DNA from: an uncultured Eubacteriales bacterium | Lineage (GTDB): Bacteria > Bacillota > Clostridia > Oscillospirales > Acutalibacteraceae | NCBI GenBank assembly: GCA_934491515.1 | Contig: CAKSTF010000001.1 | Location: 60,861-124,860 of the forward strand | Direction: 5' to 3' | Length of the DNA stretch: 64,000 nucleotides | Shown: positions 46,330 to 56,092 of the stretch, piece by piece | Layout of the letters: each line of letters begins with the position of its first letter | Numbering within the stretch: the first letter of the stretch is position 1 | Notes under the pieces: generated by a model | The model's database searches: none | Seen by the model: only the letters and a program-made list of their open reading frames with translations | What the model was told of the DNA's origin: nothing | Position numbers and translations under genes: made by a program

Positions 46330-47514
46330 TCAGTCCCTGAAGTACAGGTCCCTTGTATATACCTTATCAAGAACGTCCGCTATTTCTTCGTTATAACGGT
46401 TTGCGATTATAACGTCACATTCGGATTTGAATTTTTCTATATCGTGCGTTACGCGGCTGCCGAAAAACTCGGTTTCTTTCATGGTAGGTTCGTACACCAC
46501 AACAGTTATACCTTTTGCCTTTATGCGTTTCATAACGCCTTGTATTGAACTTTGCCTGAAGTTATCCGAGCCGGCTTTCATTGTAAGGCGGTAAATGCCG
46601 ACGGTTTCAGGACTCTTGGCGATTATCTGATCGGCTATAAAGTCCTTACGGGTGCGGTTTGCGTCCACGATGGCGGAAATGATATTCTGCGGAACATCAT
46701 TATAATTTGCAAGCAGTTGTTTTGTATCCTTCGGCAGGCAGTAACCGCCGTACCCGAAAGAGGGGTTGTTATAATGATTGCCTATTCTTGGGTCAAGACC
46801 CACACCCTCGATAATTGATTTTGTATCAAGTCCGCGGACTGCGGCGTAGGTATCAAGTTCGTTGAAGAAAGAGACGCGAAGCGCAAGATAGGTGTTTGCA
46901 AACAGTTTTACTGCTTCCGCTTCGGTAGAGTTCATAAATCGGACCTCTATATCCTCTTTAACGGCGCCTGCCTTTAAAAGACCTGCAAACGTTTCGGCGG
47001 CACGGCGCATATCTTCGTTGCCTGCGGCGCCGCCCACAATTATGCGGCTTGGATACAGATTATCGTAAAGCGCCCTGCCCTCGCGCAGAAACTCGGGGCT
47101 GAAAAGTATATTTTCGGTGCAGAAACGTTCACGCATTTCGGCGGTAAAGCCAACGGGAACAGTCGATTTTACCACCATTACCGCGTTTTTGTTTACCGAA
47201 AGCACCTGTTCTATCACGCTCTCAACCGAAGAAGTATCAAAATAATTCTTCTTTTCATCGTAATTCGTAGGTGTGGAAATAACAACGAAATCTGCCGTTT
47301 TATAAGCCGAAATCCCGTCCGTTACGGCGGTAAGGTCAAGTTTTTTCTCTTTTAAATATTCCTCGATTTCCTTATCCGCTATCGGGGATTTTTTGTTGTT
47401 TATCATTTCCACCTTTTCGGGGATTATATCAACGGTGGTAACCGTGTTGTGCTGAGATAAAAGCACGGCAATGGAAAGACCTACATATCCTGTTCCTGCA
47501 ACGGCGATTTTCAT
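46330..47514 (-). CDS. ugd: UDP-glucose 6-dehydrogenase
   Basis: 394 aa. [10 protein letters not shown], and the catalytic Cys region GGYCLPKD. Confidence 0.93.
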   Translation of the reverse strand: MKIAVAGTGYVGLSIAVLLSQHNTVTTVDIIPEKVEMINNKKSPIADKEIEEYLKEKKLDLTAVTDGISAYKTADFVVISTPTNYDEKKNYFDTSSVESVIEQVLSVNKNAVMVVKSTVPVGFTAEMRERFCTENILFSPEFLREGRALYDNLYPSRIIVGGAAGNEDMRRAAETFAGLLKAGAVKEDIEVRFMNSTEAEAVKLFANTYLALRVSFFNELDTYAAVRGLDTKSIIEGVGLDPRIGNHYNNPSFGYGGYCLPKDTKQLLANYNDVPQNIISAIVDANRTRKDFIADQIIAKSPETVGIYRLTMKAGSDNFRQSSIQGVMKRIKAKGITVVVYEPTMKETEFFGSRVTHDIEKFKSECDVIIANRYNEEIADVLDKVYTRDLYFRD

Positions 47515-48578
47515 AAACTTTCTCCTTTATAAAACTCTTTATACCATTCCGCAAAACGGCGCAGTCCCTCGCGCAGCGGCGTGTGCGGTTTAAAGCCGAA
47601 ATCCCTTTCAAGGTCGCTTACGTCCGCATAGGTCACCGGTACGTCACCCGGCTGCATGGGAACAAGTTCCTTTTTTGAATCAAAATCAAAGTCTTCTGGC
47701 AGAATGCCCGCGTTTACAAGTTCCTCGCATAATATATCGACAAATGTAAGCAGATTTTCGGGTTTGCTGTTTCCTATATTATACACCCTATAAGGCGGAA
47801 CGGGAAGCCCATCCTTTCCGCGGCTTTTGGGCGGCGCGCAGCGCATAACGCGCTCAACGCCCTCGACTATATCGTCGATATAAGTAAAGTCGCGCCTGCA
47901 GTTGCCGAAGTTGAATATCTTAACGGTTTCACCCTTTAACAGTTTGTTTGTAAAACCGAAATAAGCCATATCGGGCCTGCCTGCCGGTCCGTAGACCGTA
48001 AAGAATCTTAGTCCCGTAGACGGTATATCGTAAAGTTTTGAATAAGCGTGCGCTATCAGTTCGTCCGATTTCTTGGTTGCGGCATAGAGAGACACGGGAT
48101 TATCCACCTTATCGTTTGTGCTGTACGGCACTTTTTTATTGCTGCCGTACACGCTTGAAGAAGAAGCGTAAACAAGATGTTCCACGGGATAGTTTCTGCA
48201 ACATTCCAGTATGTTGTAAAATCCTATTATGTTGCTTTCGATATAAACGTCGGGATTGGTTATTGAATACCGCACCCCTGCCTGCGCCGCAAGATTAACA
48301 ACGACCGCGGGACGGTATTTTGAAAACACCTCGCAAAGCGCCGCTTTATCCGCTATGTTCATTTTAACAAACCGGAAATCGCCGCCTGCCGCCTTTACCT
48401 TATTTACGCGGTACTCTTTAAGCGAAACATCGTAATAATCGTTCATACTGTCAAGACCGATTATTTTTATGTTTTCCACAGTTCTTAAAAGTCTTTCGGC
48501 AAGATTTGCGCCTATAAATCCGGCAGCGCCCGTAATAAGAACGGTTTTTCCTTCAAGACTTACGTTGTTTTCAAGCAC
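47511..48578 (-). CDS. UDP-glucuronate 4-epimerase (SDR)
   Basis: 355 aa. GAAGFIG, YAATK and [15 protein letters not shown], which is typical of Cap1J/GlaKP-type epimerases. Overlaps ugd by 4 nt. Confidence 0.85.
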   Translation of the reverse strand: MLENNVSLEGKTVLITGAAGFIGANLAERLLRTVENIKIIGLDSMNDYYDVSLKEYRVNKVKAAGGDFRFVKMNIADKAALCEVFSKYRPAVVVNLAAQAGVRYSITNPDVYIESNIIGFYNILECCRNYPVEHLVYASSSSVYGSNKKVPYSTNDKVDNPVSLYAATKKSDELIAHAYSKLYDIPSTGLRFFTVYGPAGRPDMAYFGFTNKLLKGETVKIFNFGNCRRDFTYIDDIVEGVERVMRCAPPKSRGKDGLPVPPYRVYNIGNSKPENLLTFVDILCEELVNAGILPEDFDFDSKKELVPMQPGDVPVTYADVSDLERDFGFKPHTPLREGLRRFAEWYKEFYKGESL

Positions 48579-48591
48579 CTATATCGCCCCT

Positions 48592-49740
48592 TTAAATACC
48601 AAGTTCTTTTATTATATCCGTATTGTTTTCTTTGCCCTTGTCTTCGCCGGCGCTGCGTTTTCGTTTCAACTGCCTTTTTACAAGTTCGGGAAATGTTATA
48701 AACGCAAGCCTTAATACCCGCCTTGCCGCAAAAAGCGGATACAGCCGCGGATGTTTTTCAAGCGCAGGGTAATGATATTTAAGTTCCTTTAAAGGCAGGA
48801 AGATTCTGTCTGCACGAAGTTCGCCTGAAAATCCCTTTTTAAGGGTGAGTTCGTTTTCCCTTGTGCCGTATGTGCCGCCCGAAAGTATAAATCTTTCAAA
48901 TTGAGCCGTTTCGGGATTGCTTCTGCCCGTCATTACACGCATTGAAAGCGCGCGTACGTTTTTTTGCAGTTTAAGCAGTCCGCCGCCCGAGAGCAGCGCC
49001 GTCCTTTCGGGCGTTTCCCCGCAGGCAATGTTCAAATAATGGTCGTCTACCAAAGCCTTTATTCCGCAGCCGCCGTTTTTTATATGCCTTGCCGTGTGCG
49101 CGATGTGGTAAAAATAGGTAAAATCGCTGTCAAAAACAAAGGTATGCGGTCGGCCCTTAACGGGCACGGTATGGTCCCACGCCCTGCTTAAAACATCGGC
49201 ATACTTTGAAGAATTACCGTCAAGTTTAAAATGCAGTTCCGCGTGCATACCGTTTTTAAATTCAAGCGGCAGGTCGTGTTCGCCAGGCCGCAGGGTTCTG
49301 CCGCCCTCTTTTTTAAGCGCCTGCGCCGCCGTGTTAAGATCTTCCTTTTTTACAAGCACATCAACATCGCAGCTGGTACGCATCCAAGGCTTTGGGTAAA
49401 GGTCGCATATTACGGCGCCTTTAAGCAGCACATGGTCGATACCCGCTGCCTCAAGCACGCGGCTTATATCCTCGGTAAGCCGCCGCAGCAGTTCGCCGCG
49501 GCAGACCGCCGCCATAAGAACAGCGTTCAGCCTTTTATAGATTTCGTCATTTTCGGTCACAAGACCTTCGGTTATAAAACAGTCGGCAACCAGGTGGCCT
49601 ACATCGTGAAAAAAAGCAAGATTACAAAGCGCTTCTCTTCTTTTACCGTCTGCCAGATATTCTGCCGTTTCTTTCCCAAAGGGTTGTTTTAAAAGTTCGC
49701 GGCGCAGCACGGCATAAAGCGCGTCGTTTATTTTTTGCAT
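48592..49740 (-). CDS. Uncharacterised nucleotidyltransferase-family protein (PF14907-like)
   Basis: 382 aa. The pattern LLKGAVICDLYPKPWMRTSCDVDVLV fits the NTP_transf_5 signature as I remember it. Confidence 0.6.
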   Translation of the reverse strand: MQKINDALYAVLRRELLKQPFGKETAEYLADGKRREALCNLAFFHDVGHLVADCFITEGLVTENDEIYKRLNAVLMAAVCRGELLRRLTEDISRVLEAAGIDHVLLKGAVICDLYPKPWMRTSCDVDVLVKKEDLNTAAQALKKEGGRTLRPGEHDLPLEFKNGMHAELHFKLDGNSSKYADVLSRAWDHTVPVKGRPHTFVFDSDFTYFYHIAHTARHIKNGGCGIKALVDDHYLNIACGETPERTALLSGGGLLKLQKNVRALSMRVMTGRSNPETAQFERFILSGGTYGTRENELTLKKGFSGELRADRIFLPLKELKYHYPALEKHPRLYPLFAARRVLRLAFITFPELVKRQLKRKRSAGEDKGKENNTDIIKELGI

Positions 49741-49773
49741 TTTTTCACCCCCTGCCGCGGTTTTTATATTTCT

Positions 49774-50664
49774 TTAAATGGCGTATGTTTTATCAAGTTT
49801 TTTAAGTTCACTGAAGGTATCGATTTCTACGATATCTTCAAAACCGCATTCCCTTACGGCAACCTTGTAATTCTCTTTTTTGTACACCATTGCGGTCTGT
49901 TCCCAATAACGTTCCTTGCCGCCGGGGGAATGATACACCTCGTCAAGGTCAACGGCAAGTTTCGCGCCGTCTTCGGCGCTCCAATAAGAAATACCCACCA
50001 TCTGGTGGCAGTTCCTGCCGCCTACGCCCTCGCTTGTAACATAGCCGTCCTTATTCGTGATAAGGCACCAGTCGTCGCTTACCTCAACGGGGATACCCAG
50101 TATATTGGTCTGGTATTCGTACTTTCTTATAAGTTTGGGATTCATAAGCATAAGGTCGGATTCAAGCACATACGCGTTCTGCAACAGGTATCTTACGCAC
50201 ATTGCGGAGGATATATTGTTGCTTTCGTTGAATCCCGGGTTTTCTATAAACTTTATGTTGGGGTATTTATAAAGCAGCTGGTCGAACTGTTCGCCAAGGT
50301 AGCCCCTTACTATTACTATTTCGGGGATTTCCGCCGCCACTACGGCGTCAAGCAGGGTGTCTATTATGCGTTTGCCGTTCACTCTTACAAGCGGTTTCGG
50401 AGTATTAAGCGTTATCGGTACAAGTCTTGAGCCGAAACCCGCGGCGATGAATACCGCGCGTTTAACACGGTAAGGGTCAAGCGCCTGCCTGCCTTTATCG
50501 GTAATGGTTTTTTCGCAGCAAAGTCCCTTTTCCGAAAGTTCTTTAAGTATTTTATTTACGGTTCCCACGGAACAGGAAAGTTTTTCGGCTATTTCGCGCT
50601 GGGAGGGCACGCCGTCGTCCTGCATAAGCAGCATAAGCGTTTCAAATTCTCTTTTGGTAAGCAT
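49774..50664 (-). CDS. licC: Winged-helix domain fused to LicC-type (phosphocholine) cytidylyltransferase
   Basis: 296 aa. Residues from about 70 to the end are collinear with S. pneumoniae LicC (AAGFGSRLVPITLNTPKPLVRVNGK, IVRGYLGEQF, GISYWS, IVEIDT). Residues 1 to about 65 form a MarR/wHTH-like segment (SQREIAEKLSCSVGTVNKILKELSEKG). Confidence 0.85.
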   Translation of the reverse strand: MLTKREFETLMLLMQDDGVPSQREIAEKLSCSVGTVNKILKELSEKGLCCEKTITDKGRQALDPYRVKRAVFIAAGFGSRLVPITLNTPKPLVRVNGKRIIDTLLDAVVAAEIPEIVIVRGYLGEQFDQLLYKYPNIKFIENPGFNESNNISSAMCVRYLLQNAYVLESDLMLMNPKLIRKYEYQTNILGIPVEVSDDWCLITNKDGYVTSEGVGGRNCHQMVGISYWSAEDGAKLAVDLDEVYHSPGGKERYWEQTAMVYKKENYKVAVRECGFEDIVEIDTFSELKKLDKTYAI

Positions 50665-50674
50665 AGGTTTCTCC

Positions 50675-52093
50675 TTACTTCATTGTTTTTTTACTTCTTG
50701 TAAAGTAGAAAATAATACCGAACAGTATCCATATACCAAGCATTATAAGCGAAGGTTTTTCAAGCGCCGCCGGAAGCCCCGGTATAAACATAACAAGGAA
50801 TACAGCGGAAAACACGGTTCCTAAAATCGCAAGAAAACGTATCGTTTTCCAGTTTTCAACGTCTTTTCTTTGTTTTGCGGTGATTGCCGCCGCAGCGCAG
50901 GTAAAGCCAAATCCCACCGCGGCGCCTATGGAACTCATATCAACAAACCACCCAAGCGCCGTTCTGCCGAAAAGCGGGCCTACGACCGATATTATCATAC
51001 AGAATATCAGCGCATTTACCGGCGTGTGGGTCTTTTTATTTAGTTTTCCGAAAAACGCGGGAAGATATCCTTCGTCCGCCATGGAATACATAAGGCGGCT
51101 TGTGGCTGTTAAAAATCCCAGAAGCCCGGTAAGTATGGCGCAGGAAAGCGCAATACCGAGCACCACAAGGCCGGGCCAGCCAAGCATATTTTTAACAGAG
51201 TAACCGAGCAGCCAGCTTATCGAGGAATCGTTTAACGCCACCGAATAATTTTCGTTCATGGCGGTCGCAGCAACCAACGTGTTCGATATATAAACAAACG
51301 CGCCGAAGGCTATCGCGACAAGCATTATACGAAGCACCTTTTTGTGCGAAAAGTTAAACTCTTCACACGCCTGCGGTATGGTATCAAAACCTACAAACGC
51401 CCACGGAGCGAGCGCCAGAATGGCTATAACGCCGGAAACCGCCTCGCCCGTGTTCTGCGCCGTGGGTGAAAACAGCGGTTTTAAGTCGGAAAGGTGGGTC
51501 ATGGGGCTGAATATCGCGCAGACCGCTATTATCACGACCGATACCGCAAGGGATATCGCAAACACGGTCTGTACGGCGCCCGCTATTTTTATGCCTTTTA
51601 TCGAAAATACGGTAAGCAGAACTATCGCGGCAAGGGATAAAAGTACCTCGCCTAAATAAACGTCGAATCCGGCTATCGTCCAAAGATATCCCCAACTGAA
51701 AAATCCGTCAAAAAGAAATCTTGTCATATACCCGAACGTGGTGGCGTTCATGGGAACGTTAGTCCAGTAAGCCAGCACCAAAAACCAGCCGCACACATAA
51801 GCGGCAATGGGACCGAACACCGCGCGCGTGTATGTAAACTCGCCGCCGGCTTTGGGATACCGCGGTATAAGGTAATTATACGAAAACGCTATTACCGCCA
51901 TTATAAGCGCGCCGAATATCATTGCTATCGCGGTGCCCAAAGGTCCTGCTTTAGGCAAAAATTTAAGTCCCGGATTAAAGAAAGAGCCCCATCCGATTAT
52001 GCAGCCGAAAGCAAGTCCCCAAACCGCCAGCGGATTAAGTGACTTTTTAAGTTTTACCTCGCCGGAAGTCATGTTTTTACCTGCCATATTCAT
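50675..52093 (-). CDS. APC-superfamily permease
   Basis: 472 aa with about 12 TM helices, and KAGGEFTY in the TM1-2 region. Confidence 0.85.
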   Translation of the reverse strand: MNMAGKNMTSGEVKLKKSLNPLAVWGLAFGCIIGWGSFFNPGLKFLPKAGPLGTAIAMIFGALIMAVIAFSYNYLIPRYPKAGGEFTYTRAVFGPIAAYVCGWFLVLAYWTNVPMNATTFGYMTRFLFDGFFSWGYLWTIAGFDVYLGEVLLSLAAIVLLTVFSIKGIKIAGAVQTVFAISLAVSVVIIAVCAIFSPMTHLSDLKPLFSPTAQNTGEAVSGVIAILALAPWAFVGFDTIPQACEEFNFSHKKVLRIMLVAIAFGAFVYISNTLVAATAMNENYSVALNDSSISWLLGYSVKNMLGWPGLVVLGIALSCAILTGLLGFLTATSRLMYSMADEGYLPAFFGKLNKKTHTPVNALIFCMIISVVGPLFGRTALGWFVDMSSIGAAVGFGFTCAAAAITAKQRKDVENWKTIRFLAILGTVFSAVFLVMFIPGLPAALEKPSLIMLGIWILFGIIFYFTRSKKTMK

Positions 52094-52105
52094 TCTCCTG
52101 TTTAC

Positions 52106-52480
52106 TTATGTGGAATAAAATTCCAAAAGTTCTTTGCGGCTGTTTATTCCGCAATCCGCAAAACTGAACTCTCTGTGCGTTGCGGTGATATTATGATACC
52201 AATCCGAAACCGCAAGCATTTTTTCGTCCTTTACGCCGAGCATTTTTGCAAACGCAGCAAGAATATCAAGCCCGAACGGAAAATCCGCCGTAAAATACCG
52301 CGATTTAAAATCCGGCGCCAGGTTGCCGTTTTCCATAAGCACAAAGGGAGTTTTAAGCCCTTTTAAACTGTTTATGGAATTAAGTTTTCGGGTCATACCG
52401 ATCGGCGTTTCGCTGTCGTAATGCAAAAGCAGCGGCGTTATAGTACCTGTCCGGCGCGGAATGTCCCGTATCCATCACAA
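52106..52480 (-). pseudogene. Opine (octopine/nopaline) dehydrogenase family, C-terminal remnant
   Basis: The open frame reads ...TPLLLHYDSETPIGMTRK...KSRYFTADFPFGLDILAAFAKMLGVKDEKML. The RYFTxDxPxGL motif is characteristic of the Octopine_DH domain. There is no NAD-binding N-terminus, and a TGA stop closes the frame at about 52480. Confidence 0.5.
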
Positions 52481-52614
52481 GACTTGAATCCCTTGCCGGG
52501 TATTTTTCACATATATCTCAAAATTTCGAAAAAAGTTTTTTTGGCGAATAACTTATACATTTGAGTTTTCTTATCGTATACGCCGCAAACGCACCTATTC
52601 TGCCGTAACATCGT

Positions 52615-52812
52615 TTAAAGGGATCTACAAGCCTGTTCAAAATTAAAATTCTTGAAATTCGGGAGAATCGACTTTATGAAAACACCTTTTTCTCCGCCGG
52701 ATATAAACGAACGTCGAGTGCTGATATCCTTTGACTTCTTCGTAAATTTCCGCAAAGTTATCGGGGCTTTGCCGCTTTTTTGTGCTTCTTCCAAAAATTC
52801 GGTTGCTGTCAC
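52615..52812 (-). CDS. 65-aa ORF translationally coupled to wzx; probably the head of a decayed gene
   Basis: Its GTG start overlaps the wzx TGA stop (GTGA), with GGGGAG 8 nt upstream. The same frame stays open after two in-frame stops down to about 52440. Confidence 0.3.
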   Translation of the reverse strand: MTATEFLEEAQKSGKAPITLRKFTKKSKDISTRRSFISGGEKGVFIKSILPNFKNFNFEQACRSL

Positions 52813-54314
52813 TGCTTTTGCTCCCCTTTCTTGATTTTTTTATTTTTAAACGACTTTATATATCTTGTTATTTCCGTGCGGTGCATAACAAAAACAAGTC
52901 CACAATATGCCGCCATTACAAGTATTTTATACCCGAAATTAAGCAGGCTGAAAGTGGTTTTGTATTTAAAGCAGGAAAAAGCAAGTCCGCCGAAAATAAA
53001 GGTGGCGATAATGGCAAAATTTAATAAAAAGTCGGAAATTTTAAGTCCTATGTTTTCAAAGCGCAAACTTATAACCACAACTATTCCCACACGTACAAGC
53101 ATGGAAAGTGCGTCCGCCAATAACGAACCGTAAACGCCCCAAAGCGGTATAAACACATAAGAAAGCAGAATGTTTAAAATGCTGCTTGTAAGGGTTGCGG
53201 TAAACAGGATTTTTGAGGCTTTTTTATAGTAAAGCAGTATGCTTACATAGAAATAGTAGATGGTTTTTATTGCGTAAACCAAAATAATAAGCGGTATATA
53301 GGTCCACGCTTTTACATAGCTTTTCTGAACAAAAAGCACAATGTAATCCTGCGCAAAAAGGGAGATGCCTATAAAGAAAACGCCTATTACCGAACATAAC
53401 ATTCTTACAACGCTGCGAATGCTTTTTTTATACCCCTCGTCCCCGTCTTTAAGTTTTTCAAAAAGCCACGGGCTGTAAGCATTGTTTATATACGTCTGTA
53501 TGGTATCGGTAACGTTGCCAAACTGCGTAGCCACCGAATAAACGCCCAAAGCGCCCAGCGTCACCTTGCCGCCTATAAGTGCCTTTGAAACAAGGGTTGC
53601 TATGTTTGTTGAAAGGTTGTGCGGCATTATGGGCACCGAATATTTAAGCGCTTCTTTTAAAACAGGCAGGTCGATACATATTTTCATATATCCGTGCAAA
53701 AGCATATCCGCCCAGTAGTAAACCGTGTATAAAACGTTGGCGGTCATAGTTGCAAGAACCACGCCCAAAGCGCCTTTTTTAAGAAAGACCACAAAGGTGA
53801 TATTAAGCCCTAAAGTAACAAAAAAATACCCGAGCGACAGCACTGAGCATTTAACCGCCTTTTGCTGACTGCGCAAAACGTTCTGATATATCGTGTGCTG
53901 ACATTCAAAAACAAGCGATATCAAACACACGAAAATAATGGGAAAGAAACTTGTTCCCGAAAATATCTTTTTTTCAAGAAATCCTTTAAAAAAGGTAAGT
54001 ACAACGCCGAAAGCCGACGCCGATATAAGCACAAACAGGCTTATCGTACCGTAAAAACGGCTGAGTTTCTGCGGATCGTCCTTTAAATCAACGTAAAACC
54101 TCATTACCGCCGAATAAAGCGAAAAAGCGGCGATAAAACTCATAGTCGATATAAAAGAGGTTGCTATGCTTGTAACGCCGTAATCGCTTTTTGTAAGATA
54201 CTGCGTGTAAAGGGGCAGCAGAAAAAAGCCGAAGCACTTTATAAGCAGTCCGCTTGCCGAATAAATTATGGAGTTTGAAATTATTTTGCTGTTTGACGTT
54301 TCTTTTTTATCCAT
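52809..54314 (-). CDS. wzx: Wzx-type oligosaccharide flippase (MOP superfamily)
   Basis: Start MDKKETSNSKIISNSIIYSASGLL at ATG 54314. About 14 TM helices. Confidence 0.85.
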   Translation of the reverse strand: MDKKETSNSKIISNSIIYSASGLLIKCFGFFLLPLYTQYLTKSDYGVTSIATSFISTMSFIAAFSLYSAVMRFYVDLKDDPQKLSRFYGTISLFVLISASAFGVVLTFFKGFLEKKIFSGTSFFPIIFVCLISLVFECQHTIYQNVLRSQQKAVKCSVLSLGYFFVTLGLNITFVVFLKKGALGVVLATMTANVLYTVYYWADMLLHGYMKICIDLPVLKEALKYSVPIMPHNLSTNIATLVSKALIGGKVTLGALGVYSVATQFGNVTDTIQTYINNAYSPWLFEKLKDGDEGYKKSIRSVVRMLCSVIGVFFIGISLFAQDYIVLFVQKSYVKAWTYIPLIILVYAIKTIYYFYVSILLYYKKASKILFTATLTSSILNILLSYVFIPLWGVYGSLLADALSMLVRVGIVVVISLRFENIGLKISDFLLNFAIIATFIFGGLAFSCFKYKTTFSLLNFGYKILVMAAYCGLVFVMHRTEITRYIKSFKNKKIKKGEQKQ

Positions 54315-54321
54315 CTGCGGA

Positions 54322-56079
54322 TTAAATCCTTTCAGAGCGCCCTTCGGAGGCTGAAAATATCTCGTACACGCACGAGACCGTAAAAACAAAGTTGTTAAGC
54401 GCCGCTTCGCCGTTTTCTACGGGTTTTATATCAATTTCGGGAAACATCTCGCAGAAAAATGCGAGTGCCGCTTTAAAATACTCGCTTTTTTCGCAAAGCG
54501 CCTTATATGCCGCCGCGCTTTTTCGGGACGGTTTTTCCGCGCGATTCCGCAATTTCCATAAAAACGCCGGCGATAATTCCCTTGCTTTCCAGCGGAGTTT
54601 TGTTTTAAAGGAAATGTGGGAGAGCGCATAACCCTTCGAGGTTTTAAGTTTTGCGGCCTGCGGGCTGAAAAGCGAGATTATTTCGCCCTCGTACCCGCCG
54701 CAATGGTCCTGCCATTTATTGTCCGGACGGGCGGAGGCGATAAGGTCGTTTTCCGCAAAGGGCGCCAGATAAAAACTTTCCTGATTGTTGGCGGATATTA
54801 CATTTGCAAGCGCGTTCGGTATTCTGTAAGTATCAAAATACCGTTTTGCGTCTTCCGGATTACACAGTTTGCCGGAATTTTTACCGATTGCCTTAAAAAA
54901 CTTTTCCTTTATGTTCTGTCTTGCCTCAAGGTATATGTGCTCAGGCAGCATTTCTTTTACGCCGTTTAAAAATATTCGGGTTTCAAGCCAGGACGCCGCA
55001 CCGAAAACGGGCAGCGATGTAAAATAAAAATTCCTGTATATCTCGCCGCAGATACCCGTAAAGGTAACTCCGTTTCCGCCGGCTACCGCGGTTTTGTATT
55101 CCCTTGTGTGCGTAAGGGAAAAAGCGCCGATGTTTTCGGCGTTTCTGCCGTCAAAATAATTAAAGTTTTCTTTAAGCGTTTTATCTATTACCGAAGATTC
55201 GCAATCCGGCAAGTATTCGGTAGCTACCACATTAAGCGGCACGCCGAACATTTCGGCAACGCGCTTTACGGGACCGTGTTCTTTGTTGTGTATGTTTCCC
55301 GTTGCGTGGGTATGCGCCGAATTCATTTTAACACATTCGGTATTTACCGCCGCGCATATAAGCCTGCTGTCGCAGCCGCCTGAGAGTCCGCACTCCGCAC
55401 CGTATTCACGGCAAAGCGCACGCGTTTTGTGCATATATTCCTTTATCTTTTCGTATTGCCTTTTTACGCCCTCTGCCTTTGAGCGCGAAAAATAATCCGC
55501 CGAAGGCGAGTGAGGATAAATTTCGCAAAACGGAATTTCGTCGGGCTGCGGTTTTACGGGAAGCGCTTTTACCTCGTTTACAAGCGTATCGGGGCGGGAT
55601 ATAAAGCCGCAAAGCAGTTGTTCGGCAAGCGCCGTTTTGTTAAGCGTAAGTCTTTCTATGCAGGCTGCCGCCGCTAAAAACGAACTTGTAACAAAGCCGT
55701 TTTCACATTCGGCAAACAGTTTATAACTGCCTGTTTTATCGGTTATAAGCGTGGTTTTTTCGCCCGTTGCGTACAAAATCACATACTGCCCGATAAGTTC
55801 TTCAGGCATAAATTCGCCGCGCGAAAGGTCGCAAAGTAAAGACTTAAGCGACTGTTTATACGAAAGACCCTTATACACGGGCGTGCCCACAGCGTAAATC
55901 GCGCCGTGTTCGTCCGCAAAGAAATTTTCCGTTTCGATATTCTGTTTTTTATACAAAAGAAGTTCCGCATTTTTCAAAGAAAAGCGTTTGCCGCTTTTAA
56001 ATCCGCGTTTTAAAAACGCCGCTTCGGCAGTTTTTATATATTCTGCTTTTGTATTGTCACACAGAAAGAAAGCACTCAT
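54322..56079 (-). CDS. Asparagine-synthetase-B-family adenylating enzyme lacking the N-terminal glutaminase Cys
   Basis: 585 aa. PP-loop LSGGCDSR is present. The N-terminus is MSAFFLCDN, not the MCG of class II amidotransferases. Confidence 0.8.
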   Translation of the reverse strand: MSAFFLCDNTKAEYIKTAEAAFLKRGFKSGKRFSLKNAELLLYKKQNIETENFFADEHGAIYAVGTPVYKGLSYKQSLKSLLCDLSRGEFMPEELIGQYVILYATGEKTTLITDKTGSYKLFAECENGFVTSSFLAAAACIERLTLNKTALAEQLLCGFISRPDTLVNEVKALPVKPQPDEIPFCEIYPHSPSADYFSRSKAEGVKRQYEKIKEYMHKTRALCREYGAECGLSGGCDSRLICAAVNTECVKMNSAHTHATGNIHNKEHGPVKRVAEMFGVPLNVVATEYLPDCESSVIDKTLKENFNYFDGRNAENIGAFSLTHTREYKTAVAGGNGVTFTGICGEIYRNFYFTSLPVFGAASWLETRIFLNGVKEMLPEHIYLEARQNIKEKFFKAIGKNSGKLCNPEDAKRYFDTYRIPNALANVISANNQESFYLAPFAENDLIASARPDNKWQDHCGGYEGEIISLFSPQAAKLKTSKGYALSHISFKTKLRWKARELSPAFLWKLRNRAEKPSRKSAAAYKALCEKSEYFKAALAFFCEMFPEIDIKPVENGEAALNNFVFTVSCVYEIFSASEGRSERI

Positions 56080-56092
56080 TTAAACACTCCGC

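Noticed and set aside
54322-56079. The idea that the AsnB-like protein and the PF14907-like nucleotidyltransferase mark a lasso-peptide cluster (lasso cyclases are AsnB homologues lacking the Cys).
   Set aside because: There is no transglutaminase-like B protease, no PqqD/RRE and no short precursor ORF nearby. The gene is wedged, with gaps of 13 nt or less, between an ATP-grasp ligase and a Wzx flippase in a polysaccharide operon.
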